Shown: piece after piece, positions 20,171-33,245 of the stretch
How the letters are laid out: each line of letters starts with the position of its first letter
Numbering within the stretch: the first letter of the stretch is position 1
Assembly: GCF_036321535.1 (NCBI RefSeq)
Contig: NC_087443.1
Span: forward strand, 83,514,001-83,578,000
Length of the DNA stretch: 64,000 nucleotides
Direction of reading: 5' to 3'
DNA from: Camelus dromedarius
Lineage: Eukaryota
Translations under genes and position numbers: made by a program
Notes under the pieces: generated by a model
Seen by the model: the letters and a program-made list of their open reading frames with translations, nothing else
The model's database searches: none
What the model was told of the DNA's origin: nothing

Positions 20171-22189
20171 TCAACGGAGGGGCAGGGGTATGATGCTGGG
20201 GCAACAGCCTTGGTAACAGTCACAGATCTTCAAGATACACACAGAGGCTTTATGTGTGGGCTCCATGTTGAGCCGTTTCTTGGCTTCTGCTGAATTGCCA
20301 GGACAGGGCACGCAGGTGAGTCTTGGACAGACTTCACAACTGGCCCTACAGACTTGGGTCCCCTTGCTCAAAATCGACTGTGAAGGCCCCTGCCCAGTGT
20401 GTGTGGAAAATTAAACCAGTGCTCGAATTTTCTCAGCTGTAAGGTCTCCTGCCTTGGATCCCCGTGCTTGCTTACCCTAGACTCAAGGGCAGATGGTGTG
20501 TCATCACCTCGTGCATCCTGGTCTGCATCTATCGCCACGAAGAATGCCCGGCCTGGCCTTCCGGGCTCCTGGCTCCCGGGAGAGCCTGATCCTCGCAGCC
20601 ACTTGTCCCTGCTTCTGTAATAAGGCGTCAAACAGCCCTATTTGAAAAGACCATCACCATCATCTCAAGGGCGACTTCATCAGAACTCAGTGTCTGGGGA
20701 GGGTCCTGTCACATAACAGCACCACTGCCTCTTTCTCCAACTGACAGCATACGCAGGAGGGCAGAACAGCCTTCTGAGGGGAGACTGCAGAGCGCCCCCA
20801 CCCAACCCGTACAAACAACCGGAACAAGGGCAGGTGGTCGTGGTGCTCAGGCAGCCAAAGCCTCACGGGCCACTTCAGCTCTTCCTCACATGCAGGTGGG
20901 TTTCTCCTTGGCCTTCAGCTCAGGTCCTGGGGTGGGGAGGGTACACGCTCCCAGCCCCAGCCCAGCCCAGCGCCATGACTACAATCCACACCTGCAGAAA
21001 TGACCTCTGCTGGGCTTGTCGTCATGCTACCTGCCCAAACCTGGCTGTAGGACAAGGCGGAGGAAACACCTGTACCAGGTGCTCTCAGGTCTTTGCTGGA
21101 CGGTGGGCTCCCTGGAGGAGGAGGGCTCCGAAGCCTGGGTCCTGACAGGCCAGGTGTACATCTTACCGTGGAGCCCTTCTTAGGCAGATCTCTGCCCTGG
21201 GTTTTGAGTGGAACCCACTGTGCTTCCGACAGGTGGGACTCTCTGCAGAGCAAGACTGATGGGGTGGGGGTGGGGGACACGTGGCAGTCAGAGGGCCTCA
21301 CCCCTCACCTGGCCCGTCTGTTAATCTGTAGCTGCTTTGTGTGCGCACCAGCACCGAGGGCCAGCAGAGGCCTCATGCCGCCTGGCGCCCACTTGTACAG
21401 ACGTAGTTGTGCGGGCCTCAGCTTGGAGGGTCTGAGGACATTGATGCTGGGGCCTCTGACCCAGAGCAGCCACTGCCACCTTCACCTGCCCTCCTAGGCA
21501 GTAGGACACGGGCCTTAGTCCCACGCTCCAGACCTGTATGACTCTCCCACTGGACATTTGCTGTAGAATCTGGTGTAAAATGGAAAGTTAAGTGTTCTGA
21601 GCTGGGCTGTGACTTGAGAATTAAACAGATATCCAGTGGGGGCAGAGCTGGTTTCCTGTAACTCTGGTCACTTGGTCACCCAGTGTCCTGTGAGGCCTTC
21701 CTGGGGTCTGAAGCCACCAAAGGAAACTTGGTGCATAAATTATACTCTCCCACAGCAAATGGCATGAAGGACCACACTGTGCCAGAGACTGTGGGTTCCA
21801 GGGCCTCCCCTAGTTCTGAGCCAGGTCTGGGAACGTGCACTTTAAACAAACACCCCTGGGATTCTGATGCAAGCAGTCCTAAGGTCAATCTTGGAGACTC
21901 AGCCCGCCCAGCACAGAGGAGACCAGAGAAGAGGCCCTGCTGACCAGCTGCCGGGGGCGGGCAGGCACCACAGCCCTGTTCCCACAGGTGCACCCACGGC
22001 CTCATCCTCAAGGACGTGCTCACACTGAGGTGCAAGGATTCACGTGGAGAACGTTCACCGCACTGTCGTACACGGTGGTTCTGAGTTAAGGAAATGGACA
22101 CAGTCTAAACATCCAACACCATGCAAATAAGCAAATTACATGTACTTATTATAAAATATTTCAGGGCCATTGAAAGAAACACTAGCAGG

Positions 22190-22455
22190 AACGGTTTCAG
22201 CAATGAAAAGAAATGAAACTATTCTTGCTATAACCTGGATGGACTTTGGAAGTATTACACTAAATGCAGCGACAGAACGTAGAAAGCGGGTCACCAGGCC
22301 CGGGGGAGGGGAGCCGGGAGTTAGTGTCCAAAGGGTAGAGTTTGGGACGACGCAACAGTCTGGAGATGGATGAAGAACACTTAATGCTGCTCAAATGTAC
22401 ATTTAAAACGGTTAAAATGGCAAATTTTTTTTTATATTTTACCACAATAAGAAAG
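22190..22455 (+). mobile_element. L1MA/MB 3'-end fragment
   Basis: CAGCAATGAAAAGAAATGAA...ACCTGGATGGAC...TGTACATTTAAAACGGTTAAAATGGCAAATTTT. Confidence 0.75.
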
Positions 22456-22572
22456 AATGCTAGTCTAACAAGAGACGAGGGTGCATTTGTATGACAGAAG
22501 CAGAGAGATGATGGGTGCGCTCTGCAGAAGTGTGTACACGGAATACCATTTCTGTACAAAGAAAAACCAAGT

Positions 22573-22671
22573 GTTTTTCTTCTTTTCTTTCTTTAATGCA
22601 GGTGCTGGGGATTGAACCCAGGACCTCGTGCCTATTAAGCACACGTTCTACCTCTGAGCTATATCCTCCCC
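22573..22671 (-). mobile_element. tRNA-derived SINE, Vic-1-like (camelid)
   Basis: RC GGGGAGGATATAGCTCAGAGGTAGAACGTGTGCTTAATAGGCACGAGGTCCTGGGTTCAATCCCCAGCACC followed by an A-rich tail; A and B boxes present. Confidence 0.85.
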
Positions 22672-23140
22672 ACCCTCGAATTCATACCTGAGTATGGGTG
22701 TGGGCACAGAAAAATCTTTCGAGAACTATGAACCTATGAGCAGTGGTTGTGCTTAGAGTGGGGTGGGGTGCTTTTTTTCTGCCTGAATGTTGTTACTTAT
22801 AATAACAAAGAGGCTTTAAAAAAGTGATAGAACACTCAACCTAGAGATAATTGAAAAAAAGCGTATCCTTTTGTCAAGAGCGCGACTCTTCAATGGCCCC
22901 AGCGAGGCCTTCCCTCTGAGTGGCCACATCCACTGGGCGACCGAGCGGGGGCCTTTGCAACCACCAGGCGAAGGCCACCTCCATCCGGCGGAGCGTGAGC
23001 CCGCACAGCCCCGCACAGCCAGAGAGAAGCTGTGTGTCACTGACGCTGCGTTTAAAAGAGAAGGATTTATTTGCTTCTGAAACTGACAGGCTGTATTTTT
23101 CCTCTCGAAACAGAGGTTTGTAAGCACAGGCAGCCAGTTC

Positions 23141-23206
23141 TCACTGGTCTTTGAAGTTGGCCTTTCTCTTCTCCACAAAAGCAGTCATCCCTTCCTTCCG
23201 GTCCTC
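23141..23206 (-). CDS. ECHS1: Short-chain enoyl-CoA hydratase exon 8 (EDRKEGMTAFVEKRKANFKDQ*)
   Basis: Homology; cag| acceptor; TGA at 23141-23143. Confidence 0.96.
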   Translation of the reverse strand, partial: EDRKEGMTAFVEKRKANFKDQ

Positions 23207-24121
23207 CTGGCGGGAAAAGGAAAAAGGCAGAGGTGGACATTCACTTCCTACTGGGTCGACGTTCCAGGCTCTGCCTGCAGGTTCCTCCCTGCTCTAGCCG
23301 TCCACACTCGCAGGGTGGCGAGGTGGGGAGAGGATTCTGCGTCGGGACCACCTGGAACACTGGGAATGATCTGGATTTCCTGACCAAGTAGGGCCAGCCT
23401 GGGAATGGGTATTTTATATTAAGACACTCCCACCCTTGCCCTGCCTTGGTGACGGTCACTCAGGAACCACTCACTAACCTACGTGTGACATAAACTCTTA
23501 CCTACAGAGAACCTCAGATGCAAGTACTTGGGTCATTCACCAAATTATCACCTGGATCTAGTCATGATTTGTGTAAGGGAGTGTCCTGGGGGTCCAGAAG
23601 CAGGACAGGAGAATCTGAACCCTACGTCTGCCTCCTTTCTGCCGTGTGCACATGTGCACACAGACACATGTGCGCGCACACACGTGCGTGCACACACACA
23701 CCTGTACTTCCTCAAGAGCCAAACCCATCCTAATCTTTTTATAAACACCTAGATAAGACTTTCTGATAAGAAATGAATTTTAATGATTATTAAAAGAACA
23801 TTTTAAGTTACTACCAGATATCCTAGAAAATAATGCTCTAAAGCTTCAGATTATAGTATAATAATACATTTAAGCCCCATCGCAAGTAATTGGAACAATC
23901 TAGGAAAATGACGGGTAAATGGACTGCATTTTAATTCAAGGGCGCCATTCCTGAGATCTTTTGTAACAGGAAATAACCCTGTAAAGTTTCTGTACTTCTT
24001 AACTTCCACACACTGGACTTATTTACAAAGATCAGTGCTCACTGATAGAACACATCTGATCCAGCTACGGGGAAGCTAACGGTTCTGACCAAAGAGAAAC
24101 AGTATTTAGAGATAAAATCTA

Positions 24122-24271
<150 letters not shown>

Positions 24272-24781
24272 TTAAGTTAGGAGCTGGGATGGTAGATGTG
24301 AGAATGTAGAACTTTTTGTGGTGATAGGAAACATCCCCCGGGGACCAATGTGGACTCTGATTTCACTGTGATTTAAACACAGCCTCCCTTCTCAAATGCG
24401 CCGCCCCAGCCAGAGGCCCCATGAAACAGAAATGGGCAGGCCGAGCTGCTGGCTGAGAGGAGTCTCTCCAACCCAAGTCCCCGAGTTTCTCAGGAGCCGG
24501 ACTTGGCTTCCTCAGGGGCTGCCAGCCCTTTCTGTGCTTCCCCTGCCTGCCAGCACCCTCCCAGCCGTCTGTCCCCCAAGGTTGGTCCTGCTACCAAGGG
24601 GGGCTCAGACCATTTCAACAGGATTTGGGAACAAGCAACTAGAAACTAGAACTCCACAGAAAGCCGCCACTGGAATACTGAGACTCCTAACGGTTTTTGT
24701 TCAGAACAGGTTGAGGTGTGTAACTCAGACCCCGACACATTAAGCTGCACGACTCCTCCCGCGCAGTCCTGGTGGCCTTCA

Positions 24782-24979
<198 letters not shown>

Positions 24980-25337
24980 TCACAGTGCAGGCCCCCGGAT
25001 ACTGACAAGGCTGCAGAGACACAGGAGAGTCACACCGTCCCGAGGTGGGGCCAGCGCCCTTGGCTGCTGTGGTCACCAGGCTCACTGTCACAGGTCACTG
25101 AGGAGTGCGGAGACAGCATGACTGCAGGGGGCCTCGGAGACCCCCCATTGCTCATGTTGGCTTTGGGAAGTGGGATGGCTTTATTTTCATTCGTCAACCA
25201 GTATGTGTGTCTCAGTTCCTCCTTTGTACACAGTATCACAGTACCTCAGAGGCAGTGTGTCTCCTGGGCACCCAGGACACGTGAAAGCTCTGTGCTGACC
25301 GCCCATGGGAGCCTGGACCTGGCCCCCCCCTCCCTCA

Positions 25338-25502
<165 letters not shown>

Positions 25503-26723
25503 CTAGTCACAGCTAGCTCTGCGGCCAGCCCAAGCCAAGATGCCACAGACATGTTGTCCTCAAGTTCCGAGGGGCTAAAATGGGCTCCGTTGTGGGTGGG
25601 AGGGTGGGCAGTACCAAGGCGTCCAGCAGGTGGGGCAGCTAGAGGCAGCGAGAAACTTCAGGGGAAGCTCCTTTCCATACTTAGGCACCCACATCAGTGC
25701 AGAGTCAGACTTTGGACAGATGCATGGAACTCGCAGCTCAGGGCCCCTGACCCAATCCAACCCAGGGGACAGCTGGGGCCTCTGATCACAGCCTGCTCCG
25801 CTCGAGGTCCAGACAAGGTTGGGGCTCCTGCCTCTTGGGCCCTCTGAACACGCTCCCCTCCCAGACCCTGGGTGCCCAACCAGCATGGACCTTTGCCTCC
25901 ACAGGCCCCGCTCACCCTCCCACTCACCCAGGTCCTCCAGGTGGGAAGAGAGTGGTCTTCCCAGTCCCCCACCCCACGGTGAACCTGGAGAAAGCCAAGC
26001 GGACCAGAGGAGGAAACATCACAGGCCAGCAGACTCGGGCACCGCCCCCATGCGGTGAAGCCCTCGAGCACAGGGACGGGAAGAGCCTGGCGGTCAGGGA
26101 GGTCATACAGGGCTTCCCTCAGCCTCTCCTGACCCCACAGCCACTCCCTGCCCCCACAGCCACTCCCTGCCCAGCCTGGCCAGCTCGGGAGATGACCTCG
26201 GCTCCAGGCTCTACACAGGGCAGGGACCCATGGAGACTGGAGACGGGCGCCCTCATCAGGTAGACCAAGGGACAGAGGCATCACTGTTGTCCCCTGCTCC
26301 TGTCAGCCTCCCCATGGGGGATCGAGTCCCTGCTCTGAACTTGGGTGAAGCTGTGGCACTTGCCCTGGCCACAGTTACCATGTCCTCCTCTCCGAGCTGC
26401 CGATCTGCAAGCCTCCGCTGTGGACGTGGCTCATGAGCAACAATCGGTGTGGCGACAGGCCACTGGGCGGCCAGCCTTTCCTGATGGCATCTGATGGGGC
26501 TCTGGCTGGCACAGCTCCGAGGCTCCCAGGCCACACTGAGCTGCGGTGCCCACCCAGGCCCGGTGTGCAGGCTGGCAGAGGGAGCAGCGTGAGGACAGAC
26601 AGCCATCTCCTGTCCCACGCGACAGCCCCACGTGCTTGTCTGTCATTGGAGCAGCCCGTGTGCCCCTGAGACACGGCAGATTCTGGACATTTCCTTGAAG
26701 AGTTTATGCTGGAGTTATCATCA

Positions 26724-26888
<165 letters not shown>

Positions 26889-27603
26889 TTACTTACAATT
26901 TCTACTAAAACGAGACAGTAAAGGTTAGTGCAGAGGTACAAAGTCAGTTAACTGTTCCCGTAAACCATCTACACGTGGTCAATTCTGGCGAACTCTTTCT
27001 GTAAGGGGCCAGACAGCAACTACTATTGGCTTTGTGGGTCCTACAGTGTCTGTGGTGGCCAGTCCTCTCTGCTGTGGGGAAACCGATGGGCCTCTGTGTT
27101 ACAAGAACCTTGCCCACTGACCCCAAGGGAGCTGCATTAAGTAACCGTTAGGTGAAACGTCCGCCTCCCTTCTCTGCAGGCCACACGAGGCCCCAGCACC
27201 TCTGAGCAGGCCATGTGCCTCGGAGACCCCGATGCAACAAAGAGGGGCCGCAGAGCTTCCAATGGTAGGGAGAGAGGTTAGCTGACAGGGCAGCACAGGT
27301 TGGAAAGTCATCAAAACTAGGCAAAAAGCCAACACATGTATCCTTAACCTTGCAAGGGGGAGTAACAGGGCCACACCATGGACCAGGGGCTGGACTAGCA
27401 AAGAAACCCGAGCGCCAACAGCCGACACCTGCAAGGCAGATGCTGAAACACCTCCTCCCTCTACTCTTCAGCATCACTCAGCAGGAAAGGCCTGCGAGCC
27501 TGGGAACAAGACTTGGGCCCCCTCAAGATAAACATCGGTTCTGCACACAGTACAATTCTGCCAGGCATTCCGGGTGCAGGAGGAGCCGTGGGCTGACACT
27601 CAC

Positions 27604-27731
27604 GGCGTAGCCATTGACAGCGGCTATGATGGGCTTCTTGACCCGGGTGAGTCGGTCCCAGTGGCTCAAGAACGCGCCAGAGTAACAGTCCTGGAATGTG
27701 TGGTTCTGCATTTCCTTGATGTCAGCTCCAG
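27604..27731 (-). CDS. ECHS1: ECHS1 exon 3 (AGADIKEMQ...[11 protein letters not shown])
   Basis: Oxyanion-hole motif AGADI; 128 nt. Confidence 0.97.
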
Positions 27732-28169
27732 CTGGTGTGGAAACGAGGCCCCAGTTACCAGAGCAGAGACCCCCACGACCGCTGCAGCCCCTCCATCAGA
27801 AGGTAGACACTGAGTGTCCCCATGGGTAGGTGCTGGGGGCAGTGGGGAATGGCCACGTGGACACATAGCTGGGCAGTGGGACAGAGCTGACGGGGGTGAC
27901 GCAGAGGCACGTGGACAGGAAACAGACCAGAGGGGGACCTGGAGAAGGTTGGGCTCTCTCACTAGTTGCTTGCACACACAAGATCTGACTGCCTTGGAAC
28001 AGACTGAACATTCAGCATCAGAGTGGCCCCTCCAAGCAGTTTGGGGTTCGTTTCCACCTTACATTTAAGTAAACCCCCAAGTTGCATGACCTCTTTTACA
28101 CATTCAGAGGAGTAGGCCTACCTACCATGCCACGTGCCCTGGGCACACCTGGGCGACCTGCCACCTCAC

Positions 28170-28367
28170 CTGCAAACGCCTTCTCCCCGCCCGTGAGGAC
28201 AATGGCCCCCACAGCGGGGTCCTCCTCGAAGTCCTGCAGCGCCTGGTTGAGCTCCACTATCAGGCCATTGCAGAGCGCGTTGAGCACTTTGGGGCGGTTC
28301 AGCTGGATCAGCCCCACGTTGCTATTCTTCCCCTTCTTTGCTGTGACGATGTACTCGAAGCCTGCAC
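28170..28367 (-). CDS. ECHS1: ECHS1 exon 2 ([18 protein letters not shown]...[13 protein letters not shown])
   Basis: Homology; AG/GT; 198 nt. Confidence 0.97.
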
Positions 28368-29399
28368 CTGGGGAGAGGGGAAAAAGGATTTCCATTTCTG
28401 GAGGCATCACACAGTGGGCAGAGTGACCCCGACAGGACCCCGGAGGGCCCCTGCCCAGTCCTGGGTGGCTGCAGTGTGCAGCATGGGTGGCTGTGGATGT
28501 TTCCTTAAGTTAAAAAAAAACAGCAATGAGCAGCAGCCTTCTCCTCCTGAACGTCCTATAGGTGCTGCCCAGAACGTGCACTACAGACGGTCTGTGACAC
28601 TGCAGAAACAAGCGATGAGGACATTCCTGCTTTCGGGTGCCAACTAGGTGAAAGGGATTCAGTAGCAAACAACAGTGTTCCAGCCCTGCTGGGTGCACAG
28701 CCTGGTGGAAGACGTGCACAGCCAAAGGGCAATGGTCACAGCCTGGAGGGGCAGCGGGCTCAGATCTGGGGGCAAGCAGTGACCTGGAGAGGAAGGAGGT
28801 TAACCTGAGAAGACCAGATGTGTCTGCACATTGAGGTGGTTCCTTTCTTGAAGGGGGAAATTGGGATTACAGTACCTATCCCGTGGGCTTGTTGTGGGGA
28901 CGGTACCTGAAACCGGACATGTAAAGTGTTTACCCGCAGCAGCATGCCTGCCACATACAAGAGCAGGAAGTGACTGCTGCCGACCAGGAGGCAGCAGGGG
29001 TGGTCCAAGAAAACTTAGGTAAAACAAACTCATCTTGGTAGTTGGGTACGGGGACACTCAGGTGAAGGAAGAGGCCGCAGGGATTCCTCCCCAACCCAGG
29101 GAAGTGGCCTAGAGTTCCTGGGAGACACTGGGGTGGGGGTGCTCAGGAGAGTGGAAGAGGGGCGCCTGGTTGGCTGGGGAAGGCAGAATCTGAAGGTCCA
29201 CCCGGTGGGCGTGGGTGCGCAGGCCTGGACGGAAGGCACTGCAGGACAGAACCTGTTTGACCCCTTCCAGTTCCAGTAGTGCTAACTTCACGTTCTTCTA
29301 AAGTTAGAGAAATTTCACAACCAACCACCAAACGCATAAATGGCCAGAGGTCTCAGCACTCAGTCCCGAGTCCCCGGAGTTGAGATGCCAGCGACGCTA

Positions 29400-30300
29400 G
29401 GGCTCAGCGAGCTCAGGGAGCAGGTGCTGGGAGTGGGGGCCAAACTGGACAGGGTCCCGTGCAGGGACGGGGCCGGGTCCCGGGTGAAGCCCGGGGGCCG
29501 CAGGTGCGGCGCGGAGCCGGGCCCGCCCCCCAGCCCCGCACTCACCCGAGGAGAAGGAGCGCGGCGCAGGGCACCCAGGCCAGGGGCGCAGCGGGGCGCG
29601 CACGCGGGGCAGCAAGGTGCGCAGGGCGGCCATGATACTCCCGGGACAACTGGCCAGTCGGCCCTCCTACCCCGCTGAGCCGGCCACCGGCCGCGCCAGT
29701 CAGCGCCCTCCACGCCCACGGGCCGGCATCGCGAGACCATGCTGGTATCGCGAGACCAGCCGGCCGGTGGAAGGGGCGGGGCGACGGGCATGCGCTTTGG
29801 GAACGAAGGTCAGGTGCGGGCTCAGAGGTCAGGGGACAAGGGTCAGGGGCGGGCGGGGGGGAGGGGACTAGAGCCAGGAAGTGGGAGGGGTGGGCGGGAG
29901 GAGGGTCTGCCGGGCAGGTTCTGCGCCGGGTTGGCGGGCCCCAGACCCCGGAAGTAGCCCTGAAGACCTGAGAGCAGCCCCGCCGGGACGGGCCCCGGGT
30001 GGCGTCGAAACCCGCCTGAGCCAGGCGGTCCGACCGCCCGGAGACCCTCGGCGCCCGCTCGGGGTCGGCCCGGACGCTAGCGTGAGCGGGAGGGCCGCGG
30101 GGAGCCCGCCTGCGCGCAGGCCGGGGTCCAGGCCGGGGCGGACTCTGCGGAGCTGCCCACCCGGCGTGCGTCGCCCGCGTTCTCCTCTCGGCCCGGCCGG
30201 TTCGTTTGCCGCGCCCTTCCCGCCACTTCCCGGCGTGTCTGTGTGCGGGGCAGGCGTTCTCCCCGCTCCCGGTGAGACCTCGAGCCACACCTGCTCCGGC
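29400..30300 (-). promoter_or_regulatory. ECHS1: ECHS1 CpG-island promoter
   Basis: CpG-dense. Two TCGCGAGA motifs (29727-29755), GC box, NRF1-like GGGCATGCGC (29786-29795) and ETS CCGGAAGT (29948-29955). Confidence 0.85.
29546..29633 (-). CDS. ECHS1: ECHS1 exon 1 (mitochondrial presequence MAALRTLLPRVRAPLRP...)
   Basis: ATG in Kozak context and gtgag donor. Gene model: 88+198+128+100+105+120+68+66 nt = 290 aa plus stop. Confidence 0.95.
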
Positions 30301-30409
30301 TCTGAGCCGGATGCAGGGCTGTGGGCCGCACAGAGCCTAGGCTCTGGAGCTTGCTCGGGCTGGCGGACTTCCCAGTGGCCTGGAATCCGCTCTCAGGTGC
30401 ACGTTCAGG

Positions 30410-30538
30410 TGTAACCCCGCGCAGGAACGCAAACTCTGACAGTGGGTGCTGCGGCAGCTTGAGGGTTTATTGCAGGGCACCGAGCAAGTGACCCGAAGAC
30501 CGACCCACTCAAATAACCCTACTTGGTCTCTGAGTTAG

Positions 30539-30581
<43 letters not shown>

Positions 30582-30897
30582 GGGAAGAACAAAGAGGCTG
30601 GGATTAATTGTCATTCTGTGATATTTCTTAATCCAGTTTCAAGGGTCAAGGTGTCTCTGGTTTACATTCTCAGGCAAGGTGGTCTGTGGCTCCGGCGTCT
30701 GTTAGCTCATCTTATCCTGGAGAAGCAGCCAGCCCATGTACTTGTATGGACGACAGCAGTTTTAGTCGCCTGACTCTGCTTGATGTGTTCAGTCAGCACA
30801 GGGCTGAGGTCAGAGGGGACGAGAAAGGAAATTAAGTTTTGGTTGGAGAGGTTAATTATAAACTTCGTTTTAGATGGACTCAGTTTCAGTAGCAACA
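30410..30897 (-). mobile_element. Solo LTR (family B) with an internal poly(T) expansion
   Basis: TG...CA ends; similarity to 3303-3824; AATAAA on the minus strand at 30466-30471; T run at about 30543-30579. Confidence 0.82.
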
Positions 30898-31429
30898 AGG
30901 AATCAGAGATAATACTGCTTTGCAGTGTGAGAAGGAGTTGGGGTAGAAGTAAGTGCTTAGGCAAGGAAAAGACGAGTAATTAGCAAAAATCCTTCCTTTC
31001 AGAGGCACCACGTAACTGGTTTTCTCATTGCTGAGCACTGCCTGTCAGGAGTGGCACACACCCACTCCCTTGTGTCTCTCCCTCTCCCGCTTGTTGGCCC
31101 TGAAGTGCTCTGAAGTGTGTGCGGTGTAATCACAGCAGCCGCACGAGGTGGCGGAGGCATGCTTTGCAACATTGGACAATTTGTATCACCGCGAAGTTTA
31201 TGTGTTGATAGGGTTAGACTTACCAGGCATGAAGTATGATGCTGATCCTTTACATCGGTAACTGGCTAGCTACTGAATACTAGATTATGAAGTTTTATTT
31301 TTTATAAAATAATATGTAATGAAACTTTAACAGTGAAGTTACCTATTTAAGTTACTTTGATTTATAAATTGTAAATGTTTAAACATACATTATTAGCCTC
31401 CATTTGTATTCTTGCCCAAGTTCTGCAAA

Positions 31430-33245
31430 TTTAAAGGTGGAGATAAAAGATCACCTACAAATGAAAAGCAAAATGGTTATTTTCAAGGAAATAATAAAAT
31501 CCAGACCATCATTGAAAACTCAGCAGAACTTTATTTCAAGACTGAGGATAGAATAAAGACATTTTCATGCAAACAGTAACAGACTACCAAAGACTTTTAC
31601 CAAAGGAGACTGTGTCATTGTGGGCCGCAGGACTGACAGGCACCCCAAGGAAAATGGCCCCAACACAGAAGGTTTCTCTAACACCCCGGGGGCTGGTGTT
31701 GGGGCCAGGTGGCTTCTTTCCTCCATGAAGTAATTTAAGTAATTTAAGCACAAGTGACCAAAAAAATTTTACATTGTGTGTGTGTGTGTGTGTGTGTGTA
31801 TGGGACTTCACCAAAATTAAAAACTTTAGTGTTTCAGAGGATACTATGAAGAAAGTGAAATGAGAGAAGAAAGTTTTGCAGGTCATATATCTGCTAAGGG
31901 TCTCGTGTCTAGAATATATAAAGAATGCTTTCAACTTGCTAATCTACGGAATAAAACAGCCAGTTATTTTACCAGCAAAATAGGTCAATTTGGGAACAGC
32001 AAATAACTGCAATTTGGGTAAGCAGGCTACAGCAAAAGCCATAGGCAATCCTTCAAACAAAGCAATTTTACAGAGAAAAAGGAGGAAGTTGGGAGGGGTG
32101 GTTTTGAAGGAAAGTCAGTTGGGGGAACATGAGAGTTCGGTGTGATGACAGGTTCTTGTTGGCTGAGTAGCTGGGGTAGTCACTACTGTAAGAGATGCCA
32201 TGAGCATCTTTCCTGTCAGGACCTGTAGTGGAGGATGCTTCCGGTTGGGGTCTGTAGTGGACGTTCTTCCTTGAATTGACAGTCAAGTGGTTCCTGCATG
32301 AGAGCACTCCCTTCTGGCCTCCTCACTCCATTTTAGATGACGTTTTCCTTTATTAATGTTCACAAACTCAGTCATAAAAAGACAAGCCAGTTAAAAAGTG
32401 AGCAGAGGATTGAACAGACATTTCTCCAGTAAAGATCTACACATGGCTGACAAGCCCACAAAAAGATGCTCAACATTGTTAGTCACTAGGGAAACGCAAA
32501 ACCACAATAAGACACTACATCCACTACAACGGCTACAGTTAGACAATGGTAAATCCTGTAAGGACCTGGAGAAACTGGAACCCTTATACACTGCTGGTGG
32601 GAATATAAAATGATGCAGTCACTTTGGAAAACAGTCTGGTGGTTCCTCAAAAGCTTAAACTTAGAGTTAGCATACAACTCAGCAATTCCACCCCTAGGTA
32701 TATGCCCAAGAGAAGCAAAAACGTGTTTACACAAAAACTCGTACATGGTTGTTCATAGCAGCATGCTCATAATAGTCAAAAAGTGAGAGAACACCTAAAT
32801 GCTTATCAACTCATGCGTGGATAAACAAAATGTGATTTATCCATACAATGGGTACATTAGCATTTATTAGCTTATACAATGGAACATTATTTGTCAATAA
32901 AGAGAAGTGATGTAGACTGATACGAGCTGCAGCAGGTATGGACCTTGAAAGCATGCCGAGTGGAAGGAAGAAGCCAGACCAAAGACCCCATGTTCTGTGA
33001 CTCCAGTTATATGGAATGTCCAGAAAAGGCAAGTCCACAGAGGCAGGAGGTAGGTTAGTGGTTGCCAGGGGCTGCAGGAGTGGGCACTGGGTATCGTTAC
33101 AGGGTTGGGGGTTTCTTTTCTGGGTGATGAAAATGTTCTAAGCGGGATGTAGTGGTGGTGGAACAACTCTAAATGCGCTGTCAGCCAGTGACACTGGCTG
33201 CACTGTAACTGGGTGAAGTACATGGCACGTGAGTACTAATTAACA
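31430..33245 (+). mobile_element. Fragmented old L1M (ORF1/ORF2 pieces and 3'UTR) with a probable LTR inserted at ~31950-32350
   Basis: L1 motifs such as ATTGAACAGACATTTCTCCA, CACTGCTGGTGGGAATATAAAATG, AGCAATTCCACCCCTAGG and TGATGAAAATGTTCTAA. Confidence 0.8.
31775..31799. repeat. (TG)12 microsatellite
   Basis: Seen directly. Confidence 0.95.

Noticed and set aside
22573-22671. Functional tRNA gene
   Set aside because: The tRNA-like head with an A-rich tail and a second decayed copy at 36711 indicate a SINE.
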